DNA from: a virus | Taxonomy: Duplodnaviria; Heunggongvirae; Uroviricota; Caudoviricetes; Schitoviridae | Length of the DNA: 64,000 nt | Direction: 5' to 3' (one strand) | Virus record (IMG/VR): IMGVR_UViG_3300033155_001073 | In this document: one piece after another, positions 51,733-59,194 of the stretch | How the letters are laid out: the number at the start of each line of letters is the position of its first letter | Numbering within the stretch: position 1 is the first letter of the stretch | Program-made: the position numbers and the translations under genes | The notes under the pieces: generated by a model | The model's input: the letters and a program-made list of their open reading frames with translations, nothing else | What the model was told of the DNA's origin: nothing | The model's database searches: none

Positions 51733-51854
51733 TCTTCTTCCTCGTTAGTAAGCACTACCATATTTGAGCCAAGTAGCTCAAAGGTATTTGTTATTGTTGG
51801 TTCGATTGGTTCTACATATTTCATTGCCAGGGTATCTTTCCTCTTAATTTCCAT
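51729..51854 (-). CDS. small ORF (41 aa), ATGA-coupled to downstream gene
   Basis: Stop TGA overlaps ATG of the 76-aa gene. Confidence 0.25.
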   Translation of the reverse strand: MEIKRKDTLAMKYVEPIEPTITNTFELLGSNMVVLTNEEEE

Positions 51855-51883
51855 CTCGAGGATTATCTCCTCGTTGGTGAAGT

Positions 51884-52042
51884 TCACGCAATCTTATTGA
51901 TATAATTGTTTACAGATATTAGTTGTAAATTTATCTCATGGGTATGTTCCCTTGCCGCTCTTACCTGATAGAAGATTTGGCGTAATTCATTCTGAATGAA
52001 GCTTAGCCCTACTAATAATATAATTGTTATTATATATTCCAT
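51884..52042 (-). CDS. small membrane ORF (52 aa)
   Basis: N-terminal hydrophobic MEYIITIILLVGLSF. Confidence 0.3.
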   Translation of the reverse strand: MEYIITIILLVGLSFIQNELRQIFYQVRAAREHTHEINLQLISVNNYINKIA

Positions 52043-52115
52043 ATTATTCCTTATTTAGTGTATAGGGGTAGTATAGTAGTATAGAGAGGTTAGTGTCTAC
52101 TATTTTTAATTGTAC

Positions 52116-52150
52116 TACCAGGTTATTATAACTTACGTTACCAGGTTATT
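52116..52150. repeat. 12-bp direct repeat taccaggttatt x2
   Basis: 52116-52127 and 52139-52150. Confidence 0.5.
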
Positions 52151-52178
52151 GTAGCGAAACTATATATACATGGCCAAA

Positions 52179-52261
52179 GTATGTAGAAGTGGCATTATAT
52201 ATGTGGAATGTCGGAAAGTATGTGGGTTTTCGATATAGTGGATTTCTTATGTCGAATAATA
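52179..52261. repeat. iteron-like direct repeats (a)tatgt(a/g)g x5 at 14-20 bp spacing
   Basis: Units begin near 52181, 52200, 52220, 52235, 52249. Confidence 0.5.
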
Positions 52262-52410
52262 ATATATAATTTTTTTCAGGTTTTTTGGAATTTTGTAATT
52301 TAGGGACGATGGCAGTACTATTAGGCAAAGCCGGTCAAAACCGAAGCACCCCCCGGTAGCTTCATCATTAACTATCTTTTAATCATTACCTCATCCTTAT
52401 ACATACACAC

Positions 52411-52436
52411 ACAAGATCAAGATCATTCTTTGCAAC
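52411..52436 (+). promoter_or_regulatory. conserved early-region motif copy 1 (acaagatcaagatcattctttgcaac); candidate vRNAP promoter
   Basis: Shares ATCAA-(4-bp stem/4-nt loop/stem)-RMAA with copies at 53271, 55338 and 58347. Confidence 0.45.
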
Positions 52437-52750
52437 ATGAATATTCAATTCAACTAACTCAACCTGAACAGGAGCACTACCTTATGAACATAATCATGGG
52501 CGACGAGTCATTCGTCAACACTGTACTAACACAAGCAGCAGAGTTCATCTGTACCACACTCGAAACCGCTAACGAAACTGTACAACTAGCACAACGAGAA
52601 GTCCGTGCACTCGAAGAAGCACAAGAAATCCGTCTCGACGAAGTCCGTGACGAACGTCAAGTCCTCAAAGCCGAACGAGATCAAAAGAAGATCGACGCTG
52701 GCACCCATCACTGGGAAGACGACAAACTAGTCCGTACTACCAAAGACTAA
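52430..52750 (+). CDS. early protein (TTG start in track; likely ATG at 52484, MNIIMG...)
   Basis: AGGAG 9 nt before the ATG at 52484. Confidence 0.45.
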   Translation: MQHEYSIQLTQPEQEHYLMNIIMGDESFVNTVLTQAAEFICTTLETANETVQLAQREVRALEEAQEIRLDEVRDERQVLKAERDQKKIDAGTHHWEDDKLVRTTKD

Positions 52751-52756
52751 GACCAC

Positions 52757-52772
52757 GCTCCCTTCGGGGAGC
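52757..52772 (+). terminator. UUCG-tetraloop hairpin gctccc-ttcg-gggagc
   Basis: Perfect 6-bp stem with a cUUCGg loop just after the gene stop. Confidence 0.4.
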
Positions 52773-52978
52773 TAACCCTTAAACCGTAGATAATTGGTAC
52801 TACCTACCACACCTCCTGAGCAGGTATCTGCGAAGGTGGGGAGATAATTGGTGTATTGCACTGCATTCACCCTCAAACTCTCCCAATCACCTCCTAAATC
52901 AACCTCACCTAATTACTACACCTTGTCTATATATTTATAGATAACCACCTAACTAAACTTACCCTAAAGGACACTATT

Positions 52979-53227
52979 ATGCGTACTCAACACACTAAAG
53001 ACCTCGCTAAACGCTTAACTAAGCAGTGGCATAACTGGGTAGACTTAGCTAATTCCATCGATCAAGATGAAGTTGATAACTTCATGGCTAACGTACTCTA
53101 TGAAACTGATGCTGAATTAACCACTACACGCGGTGATAACTTCTTTACCATTACCTCAAGAGAAGATGTCACCCACTACTTCTGTTACTTACCTGATCTA
53201 TGTGAATGGGAATGCTACGTAAAATAA
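52979..53227 (+). CDS. early small protein, paralog A (82 aa)
   Basis: Shares MR..T..LA.RL..QW N-terminus and YHFY..W.C C-terminus with the 53975 ORF. Confidence 0.5.
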   Translation: MRTQHTKDLAKRLTKQWHNWVDLANSIDQDEVDNFMANVLYETDAELTTTRGDNFFTITSREDVTHYFCYLPDLCEWECYVK

Positions 53228-53233
53228 CAATAT

Positions 53234-53249
53234 GGACTCTTCGGAGTCC
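53234..53249 (+). terminator. UUCG-tetraloop hairpin ggactc-ttcg-gagtcc
   Basis: Same gactc/gagtc stem as the hairpin at 54226. Confidence 0.4.
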
Positions 53250-53270
53250 TATTCTTTTATCAAAGAAAGA

Positions 53271-53293
53271 AAATCAAAAGCATTCTTTACAAC
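53271..53293 (+). promoter_or_regulatory. conserved early-region motif copy 2 (aaatcaaaagcattctttacaac)
   Basis: See copy 1. Confidence 0.45.
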
Positions 53294-53382
53294 ATGATGG
53301 AATGGGTAGAGGTAAGTTTACTTATTTACATTAACAGGTAAAACATCCTCTATCTACTATAACTAACCTTGGAGAATACACA

Positions 53383-53568
53383 ATGGAAGATACAATTGGA
53401 ACAATATCAGAACATAAAGTAATGAGATCAGCTGCAGGTCATTATATAGGCCAATCCTACTTCGATACTGAAATAGGTTGTGATTGCCCTTATGATCGTC
53501 ATAGTGGCTACTACTCATCTCATGAGGCTGCACAGACAGCACTCGACAACAACACTTACTTCCGTTAG
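53383..53568 (+). CDS. early small protein (61 aa)
   Basis: RBS GGAGAA. Confidence 0.4.
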   Translation: MEDTIGTISEHKVMRSAAGHYIGQSYFDTEIGCDCPYDRHSGYYSSHEAAQTALDNNTYFR

Positions 53569-53579
53569 GAGAAACATCA

Positions 53580-53740
53580 TGAACATCAAACAACTACGTA
53601 AAGAATTAAACGAAGAACGCTGTACTCCTAATACTGTCCAGAACTGGGCAATGCTATTAATCTGTACTGGCGGTCTATGTATACTTGGAGTACAGCAGTA
53701 CTTCTTAGTAATCGAACGTCTAGGCCACTTTGCTTGGTAG
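53580..53740 (+). CDS. early small membrane protein (53 aa; inner start of track ORF 53480..53740)
   Basis: AGGAGAAACATC then ATG; hydrophobic AMLLICTGGLCILGV. Confidence 0.35.
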
Positions 53741-53750
53741 GAGAACTATT

Positions 53751-53963
53751 ATGTCACGTTTACTAACTGCAACATCAAGCCCAGCACGATTTGAAGTACA
53801 TCATGGAGTATTCCATAAAACAGCACTCAACGTAACAGTTGATGGTGTACATTTCTGTTCCCAAGTACAAGGTACTGGAACTTCATGGCATGAAGCTAAC
53901 AAAGACTTCATTGCCGAGTGCAACGACTTAGGTATCTTCCTAAATCCTCGTATTGACTTATAG
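53751..53963 (+). CDS. early small protein (70 aa; inner start of track ORF 53730..53963)
   Basis: GGAGAACTATT then ATG. Confidence 0.4.
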   Translation: MSRLLTATSSPARFEVHHGVFHKTALNVTVDGVHFCSQVQGTGTSWHEANKDFIAECNDLGIFLNPRIDL

Positions 53964-53974
53964 GAGAACACACT

Positions 53975-54211
53975 ATGCGTAACAAACGTACAGATGAACT
54001 AGCAACAAGACTTAATATACAATGGCAAGAATCTACTGATAACATTGCTACATTCATCGCTGAGATCAAAGTCAACTGTAATGGACGTATGGTTGAATAC
54101 TCTGATGATAACTCAGCTGGTGAAGTGCCTTACTTCATGCTATCTGGTGAAGAGCAAATCTACCACTTCTACTATGACAGTCCATCTATGACTTGGTACT
54201 GTAAAGCTTAA
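53975..54211 (+). CDS. early small protein, paralog B (78 aa)
   Basis: Paralog of 52979..53227. Confidence 0.5.
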   Translation: MRNKRTDELATRLNIQWQESTDNIATFIAEIKVNCNGRMVEYSDDNSAGEVPYFMLSGEEQIYHFYYDSPSMTWYCKA

Positions 54212-54225
54212 CAATATCGACTCTA

Positions 54226-54245
54226 CGGAGTCGATTAACTCCAAG
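54226..54245 (+). terminator. UACG-tetraloop hairpin atcgactc-tacg-gagtcgat
   Basis: 8-bp stem sharing the gactc/gagtc core. Confidence 0.4.
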
Positions 54246-54256
54246 GAGATAGGAAT

Positions 54257-54427
54257 ATGAAACGATTACTACGTTTAACTATCATCATCAGTCTAATTAT
54301 GGTCATCTGGCCTCATGAGACTAAGCCTAAGCCTAAAACAGTATGTTGGGCACAAACTATACCTAATGTATCAATGTACCACAGAGCACCTTGTAAAGGG
54401 CTCGTAAAACGTATTGGAGAATTATGA
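54257..54427 (+). CDS. small secreted/membrane protein (56 aa)
   Basis: Strong RBS AAGGAGATAGG; N-terminal hydrophobic LRLTIIISLIMVIW. Confidence 0.4.
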   Translation: MKRLLRLTIIISLIMVIWPHETKPKPKTVCWAQTIPNVSMYHRAPCKGLVKRIGEL

Positions 54428-54591
54428 TGTCTATTAAATGTACTGAAGTAACCAGATCAGCTATGGTACATCTACATATTGCTGAACATGTAGATAACTC
54501 TACTGATACTCAATCATACATATCATTTAAACGATATTTACAACTACGTAAGCGCTCACTAACCTCAATGGGATGGAGATATCATTTATGA
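54424..54591 (+). CDS. small ORF (55 aa), ATGA-coupled
   Basis: Overlapping start/stop. Confidence 0.3.
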   Translation: MMSIKCTEVTRSAMVHLHIAEHVDNSTDTQSYISFKRYLQLRKRSLTSMGWRYHL

Positions 54592-54827
54592 CTATTACTC
54601 AATTACGTATTGATTTAGAACTTGTAGCTAAACGTAAAGCTACAGCTGATTTCTTTAATGATATTCATAGTAGTATGCTTAATCAACATTTAATCTATAA
54701 GATTAATAATGATAGACGTATATCTACTAAAAGAATGAATCTTATTACTGAAGAAGCACAAAAAGTTCAATTAGACTATTTAAATAAATACTATATTGAG
54801 GCATCACATTATGATCACACCACCTAA
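54588..54827 (+). CDS. early small protein (79 aa; inner start of track ORF)
   Basis: ATGA coupling. Confidence 0.4.
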   Translation: MTITQLRIDLELVAKRKATADFFNDIHSSMLNQHLIYKINNDRRISTKRMNLITEEAQKVQLDYLNKYYIEASHYDHTT

Positions 54828-54972
54828 AGTACTACATGGTCTTGGTCTTAAACAATACTTTATTGGCCAAGCCTTTATTGATCCTCAACATGGTATTGTA
54901 ACAATACTATCTCAATTATCACCTATGATGAAAACTAAAGCTGAAGTCTATTTAACTAATATGGAGAAATAA
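54811..54972 (+). CDS. small ORF (53 aa)
   Basis: ATG at 54811; ends 2 nt before the next gene. Confidence 0.3.
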   Translation: MITPPKVLHGLGLKQYFIGQAFIDPQHGIVTILSQLSPMMKTKAEVYLTNMEK

Positions 54973-54974
54973 CT

Positions 54975-55157
54975 ATGAAATACACATTACCTGAACGTAA
55001 TGCAATCATCGCTCGTATTGAAGAAGCAGAGAAACAACTCAATGCTGAAGTACGTACTGCAATCATAACTGCGCCTACATCTGATTTAGAAGCTATCCTA
55101 ATGGATTTAGAAACAGCAGCTAAGCGTGTACTTGCTCAACAAGTGGTACCTTTCTAA
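54975..55157 (+). CDS. early small protein (60 aa)
   Basis: RBS GGAGAAATAACT. Confidence 0.4.
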   Translation: MKYTLPERNAIIARIEEAEKQLNAEVRTAIITAPTSDLEAILMDLETAAKRVLAQQVVPF

Positions 55158-55339
55158 TGGACTTTATAATCAACAACTTAGCTGTACTTCTCGTACTTCT
55201 AGCTATAGTGGGTACATTAGGCTTCTATTGGTCTTGTAGACTTAGTTCTCTTCAGTCTTTCCAATATCAGATGTACAAGAAACACCATAACCCAATGGCT
55301 ACTCGTAAGATGTGGCCTAAAGAAACTTGCCCACACTAA
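55157..55339 (+). CDS. early small membrane protein (60 aa)
   Basis: TM LAVLLVLLAIVGTLGFYW. Confidence 0.4.
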   Translation: MDFIINNLAVLLVLLAIVGTLGFYWSCRLSSLQSFQYQMYKKHHNPMATRKMWPKETCPH

Positions 55340-55362
55340 AATCAAAAGCAATCTTTAAAACC
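55338..55362 (+). promoter_or_regulatory. conserved early-region motif copy 3 (aaaatcaaaagcaatctttaaaacc)
   Basis: See copy 1. Confidence 0.45.
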
Positions 55363-55391
55363 TGAATTAAACCAACAACTTGGAGTAAACT

Positions 55392-55601
55392 ATGAACAAA
55401 ACAACTAACCCTACCAACGCTAAAGTACTGTATGCACCTATAACTGCACTTCGTACTAAGTCAACTAAAGTAGTTGTAATACGAGCTAAGTCAAAGGCTT
55501 TCCTTGCAGTCAGTGCAGAGCGTACAGCGGAGCTGGTAGCGAATGCAACTGGCTTCCTACAACCTATCACTTTCAGTGATGGCGATGTAATGTACCAATA
55601 A
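55392..55601 (+). CDS. early small protein (69 aa)
   Basis: RBS GGAGTAAACT. Confidence 0.45.
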   Translation: MNKTTNPTNAKVLYAPITALRTKSTKVVVIRAKSKAFLAVSAERTAELVANATGFLQPITFSDGDVMYQ

Positions 55602-55651
55602 CATTATGAGCAGGGTAACTCCTGCTCTAATTCTCAACTGGAGATATAATT

Positions 55652-55867
55652 ATGTCTAATCAAAATGCAGTAAAGCTTACACCCTCAACAATGAACTATG
55701 TTGAGTTATCATCTCAATATAATGTACTTATGAATAAATGTGAAGGACGTGATCCTACACCTGATGAAGAAACTAAACTTCTGAAAGTTATGGATATGTA
55801 TGGGAAACTATTCGGAGTTAACCGGGTAACAGCATGCGAACAAATGCGTGAAGGAAATAACTTCTAA
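55652..55867 (+). CDS. early small protein (71 aa)
   Basis: RBS GGAGATATAATT. Confidence 0.45.
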   Translation: MSNQNAVKLTPSTMNYVELSSQYNVLMNKCEGRDPTPDEETKLLKVMDMYGKLFGVNRVTACEQMREGNNF

Positions 55868-55977
55868 TGAAAAAGCTACTATTAGTAATGGTTCTACTCG
55901 TGACCACGGGATGTACTGGAATATCTATTAACTTGTATGAGAATACAGGTGGATCTTGCAGTATATATAGTAAATAA
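55867..55977 (+). CDS. micro-lipoprotein (36 aa)
   Basis: MKKLLLVMVLLVTTGC lipobox; TAATG overlap with upstream gene. Confidence 0.35.
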   Translation: MKKLLLVMVLLVTTGCTGISINLYENTGGSCSIYSK

Positions 55978-56060
55978 CAATATCAGGTAGTCGTCCTACA
56001 CCACTCTCGCTGGCGCTTCGTGGTTCGGACTCTACCTGATTAACCGGAAGGAAGATAGAT

Positions 56061-56204
56061 ATGGATAAAGTAATAGATATTAGTGTTATACACTATGTGT
56101 GGGGAATCCCATTAATAGTATTCTTTGGATTACTATATGTATTAGTAACTAAAGATAGTAATAGAGAACTTGATGCAGCTACCGAATTAGGTAATATGCC
56201 TTAA
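56061..56204 (+). CDS. small membrane protein (47 aa)
   Basis: RBS GGAAGGAAG; TM GIPLIVFFGLLYVLV. Confidence 0.35.
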   Translation: MDKVIDISVIHYVWGIPLIVFFGLLYVLVTKDSNRELDAATELGNMP

Positions 56205-56302
56205 GATCTTTGTGAACCAGCTCGCTATGTGACCAGCTTACAGCAAGAAATCACGAATAGCAACCACTAACATGGAAAAATTGAAAATAAAGGTAAAATA
56301 AA

Positions 56303-56647
56303 ATGAAAACACTTGAAATAAATTTCAAACGTATTCCAAATAATTGTGATTATGTAGCTAAAGAAAATGGGGAATTACTTGAAGTATGCCCTTCAGGTAT
56401 CGAGGACTATTTTAATATAAATAGTAAACAACCTATTACAGTCGTAATATCAACCAAAAAGACCAAAGACTCTTACAAAGTAAAAGTAAGTAGTAAAAAT
56501 GATTGGTCTATAGGTGATATTACATTTTTAGATATAAAAGAACATTGCCCTAAAATTAATTATATATATGACAACTTACGAGAATACGTATATAAAGTAC
56601 GTCCTGAGTTAAAAGATAGGGCTTTCTACGTTAGCGTATTACAATAA
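56303..56647 (+). CDS. early protein (114 aa)
   Basis: ORF. Confidence 0.45.
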   Translation: MKTLEINFKRIPNNCDYVAKENGELLEVCPSGIEDYFNINSKQPITVVISTKKTKDSYKVKVSSKNDWSIGDITFLDIKEHCPKINYIYDNLREYVYKVRPELKDRAFYVSVLQ

Positions 56648-56671
56648 CTTAACTTAAATAGGATAAATAAA

Positions 56672-56860
56672 ATGAAATCATTAGCATTTATGGCAATACT
56701 AGTATTATTTGTAATAGGTAGTTGGATAGGTAATTTTGTTAAATTACTTGATTGTGACTTTCAATCAGATTACAAATGTGAAGTAGTTCATACCATCGGT
56801 ATTGTACCGATGTTAGCCCCATTTACAGTCTGGGTAGATTCAGACGAACCTAAACTCTAA
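56672..56860 (+). CDS. small membrane protein (62 aa)
   Basis: TM LAFMAILVLFVIGSWIGNF. Confidence 0.4.
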   Translation: MKSLAFMAILVLFVIGSWIGNFVKLLDCDFQSDYKCEVVHTIGIVPMLAPFTVWVDSDEPKL

Positions 56861-56956
56861 CAGTATTTCACTTGGTTCAATTACCTATACCCTATTATAG
56901 GGTATATGGTAAAAACCTACTATACACTACCTATATTCTAACTCGAGGTAAAATCC

Positions 56957-57190
56957 ATGGATAAATCTGATCATCAAGCTATCAAAGACAGTATTCAACC
57001 TGATAAATATACACGTCCAGTACCACTAACTAAAGGACAAATAGAAGCACATAGTGATGGTATTAAACATGACCTAATTGAATTAGGGGATTCATTTAGA
57101 TACATCACATGTGATACTTGTGATATTAAATCAACATGTGTAGTAGCATTTGATATTTATAATACAGATGGCGACTGCCTTCTTAAATAA
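56957..57190 (+). CDS. early small Cys-rich protein (77 aa)
   Basis: CDTCDIKSTC...DGDC. Confidence 0.4.
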   Translation: MDKSDHQAIKDSIQPDKYTRPVPLTKGQIEAHSDGIKHDLIELGDSFRYITCDTCDIKSTCVVAFDIYNTDGDCLLK

Positions 57191-57201
57191 CGGAGAATAC
57201 C

Positions 57202-57390
57202 ATGACATCAGTAAAAGATAAGATTGAACAACGTGCAATGAAACAAGCTCAAAAACGACGAACTCTTCATCATCACTTAAAGATCATGGAAAAGAATCTT
57301 GAAGAAGCTGAAGAAATGAAGCTACCAACTGTACCATTTCTGAAAGCAACATATACTTTACTTACAATGATGTTAAAAGATCAATTATGA
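57202..57390 (+). CDS. early small protein (62 aa)
   Basis: RBS GGAGAATACC. Confidence 0.4.
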   Translation: MTSVKDKIEQRAMKQAQKRRTLHHHLKIMEKNLEEAEEMKLPTVPFLKATYTLLTMMLKDQL

Positions 57391-57503
57391 ATATATGGAA
57401 ACGATTACACCCTAATGGGTGGAACCAACAGGCTAAATATGATGCATTCATGGCATGCTTTGCAGTATTCTTGGCTCTAACTTTATATATAACTATGGGG
57501 TAA
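57387..57503 (+). CDS. small membrane ORF (38 aa), ATGA-coupled
   Basis: TM FMACFAVFLALTLYI. Confidence 0.3.
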   Translation: MNIWKRLHPNGWNQQAKYDAFMACFAVFLALTLYITMG

Positions 57504-57505
57504 TT

Positions 57506-57877
57506 ATGGACATAAATATAGCAGGCACAGAAACAGGACGATTTTATGCAGGGAGTAAGGATACTCACATCATATATGACTCACATCTACAGATTGTAGG
57601 GGACAGAGCACGTCATGAGAGCTTGAAAGCTGTTCAGAAAGGTGTATATCCTACATCTATAATAGTGACACCAGCAGTCTTACAACTATATCACGATAAG
57701 TATTATGTGGATTATACAGATAAGATAAGACAAGAATCTCCTAATGCTGTCTGGTATTTATTACCAGCCGGGACGTACGGAGCATCTAAAGGTCATCATT
57801 GTAATGGTATAAGATATGGGCTATCACCTAGTGATTACGCATCTTTACCACAAATTAAATCATTAACCGGAGAATAA
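57506..57877 (+). CDS. early protein (123 aa; inner start of track ORF 57455..57877)
   Basis: ATG 2 nt after the upstream stop. Confidence 0.45.
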   Translation: MDINIAGTETGRFYAGSKDTHIIYDSHLQIVGDRARHESLKAVQKGVYPTSIIVTPAVLQLYHDKYYVDYTDKIRQESPNAVWYLLPAGTYGASKGHHCNGIRYGLSPSDYASLPQIKSLTGE

Positions 57878-57879
57878 TT

Positions 57880-58341
57880 ATGAAACAGATCCAAGCAAAT
57901 CGATTAGTAGCACTAATGAATCTAATGCAAACAATTCCACCTAGAGCATTTGATATTGACCATTGGGCAGAGTTTGAAGAAGAGAAAGATAAACGGGGTA
58001 ACAAATTAGTTGAACTCAAATGTGGTACAACCGCATGTGCAGTAGGCTGGGCAGCTTTATCAATACCATCATGGAAGAAAGCATTTAAATTCACTCGTAA
58101 TGGTGAAATGCACTCAACACTTAAAGATGCTAATGGTTATACTCATGATAATGAATTCTCAGCCGTTGCACAATTCTTAGGTATTACCCTCGATGAAGCT
58201 GATTATATGTTTAGTAATGGAGGCTATACTGAAGAAGAAGAGAAATCTCCTCTTGGTTATGTAAACTTCAAAGTCACTAAGCCTATGTTGTTCGCTCACT
58301 GTAAGACAGTACTCGATAACTACGGGTACGTCTGGGCTTAA
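57880..58341 (+). CDS. early protein (153 aa)
   Basis: ORF. Confidence 0.45.
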   Translation: MKQIQANRLVALMNLMQTIPPRAFDIDHWAEFEEEKDKRGNKLVELKCGTTACAVGWAALSIPSWKKAFKFTRNGEMHSTLKDANGYTHDNEFSAVAQFLGITLDEADYMFSNGGYTEEEEKSPLGYVNFKVTKPMLFAHCKTVLDNYGYVWA

Positions 58342-58346
58342 ACCTA

Positions 58347-58374
58347 CACAAGATCAAAGGCATTCTTTAAAATA
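58347..58374 (+). promoter_or_regulatory. conserved early-region motif copy 4 (acacaagatcaaaggcattctttaaaat)
   Basis: Shares the acacaagatcaa prefix with copy 1. Confidence 0.45.
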
Positions 58375-58470
58375 TCGAAAAAGTACTGGTTCCGTTAAAT
58401 CGGCAGGGGTTGTGCCCTGATTCGTCCAGTTAAAGACCTCCTTGCACGGACGTAAGGGGGCACTAATTAA

Positions 58471-58591
58471 TGAGAGATGGCGGAATTGGCAAACGCAGCA
58501 GTTAGCTGTCGTGAGGTACGGGTAGCTCCCGTTTAAAGATATAAGGCGGTATCACTCACACTTACAGGTTCGACTCCTGCTCTCTCAACCA
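58471..58591 (+). ncRNA. tRNA-Leu-like element of ~121 nt with insertions (degenerate tRNA or tRNA-like RNA)
   Basis: Perfect 7-bp acceptor tgagaga/tctctca plus A plus CCA. T-arm acagg/UUCGACU/ccugc. D-arm gcggaattggcaaacgc nearly identical to E. coli tRNA-Leu. The middle holds three hairpins instead of a canonical anticodon and variable arm. Confidence 0.35.
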
Positions 58592-58728
58592 TATTCTCCT
58601 CACCGAGATAACATCTGGGATATTATAGATCCCCTAGAATCCTTTCAATAGGAGCACAAAGTCGCTTATTAGCGAAAGAAACTAAGTATAAAATATAGAT
58701 TAACGTAACGCGTCTATATTGAGTACAT

Positions 58729-58758
58729 AGTCACACAGCGGGGGCGTATGGTGTGACT
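58729..58758 (+). other. 8-bp stem hairpin agtcacac...gtgtgact
   Basis: Perfect inverted repeat with a 14-nt G-rich loop. Confidence 0.4.
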
Positions 58759-58823
58759 AGTTTCAGTTCTACCCAAACCCAACCTTAAATTAACTTAATT
58801 AACTTAAATTACTGGAGTAATAT

Positions 58824-59126
58824 ATGCAAGATAACAACCCATTAGCAACAACAAACAAGAAACCATTTGTACCTAACAAAGGCTTTCAAATCTGGTCAGG
58901 TGATACATACGTTGGTTACGTAGTAATTGGTGAAAAGAACACACCAAAAGAAACTGTAGAAGCATTACAACAAGCAGATAATATGGCTGCTGTATTAGCT
59001 ATGGCTGAATTACGTGCATTCAAACCTGCTGAAGATCGTGACACTACTAGTGTTATGGATATCATTGGCGCAGCTAAAGTTGCAGCTGGTGTTAAAGAAG
59101 AATTGGCAAAACAAGACCAAGAGTAA
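58824..59126 (+). CDS. early protein (100 aa)
   Basis: RBS GGAGTAATATAT. Confidence 0.45.
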   Translation: MQDNNPLATTNKKPFVPNKGFQIWSGDTYVGYVVIGEKNTPKETVEALQQADNMAAVLAMAELRAFKPAEDRDTTSVMDIIGAAKVAAGVKEELAKQDQE

Positions 59127-59140
59127 TATCTTAAATATTG

Positions 59141-59170
59141 AGAGTGCAAATGCACTCTCTTTATTTTTTC
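59141..59170 (+). terminator. rho-independent terminator (agagtgca-aa-tgcactct plus T-tract)
   Basis: 8-bp stem followed by ctttattttttcc. Confidence 0.65.
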
Positions 59171-59194
59171 CTTCACTAATTCAGGAGTTACACA

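Noticed and set aside
52146-52328. 60-aa minus-strand ORF in the divergent region
   Set aside because: Low-complexity translation, no RBS, and it overlaps the iteron-like repeats. It cannot be fully excluded.
55367-55570. 67-aa minus-strand ORF
   Set aside because: It overlaps the + strand ORF 55392..55601, which has a good RBS and matches the early-region orientation.
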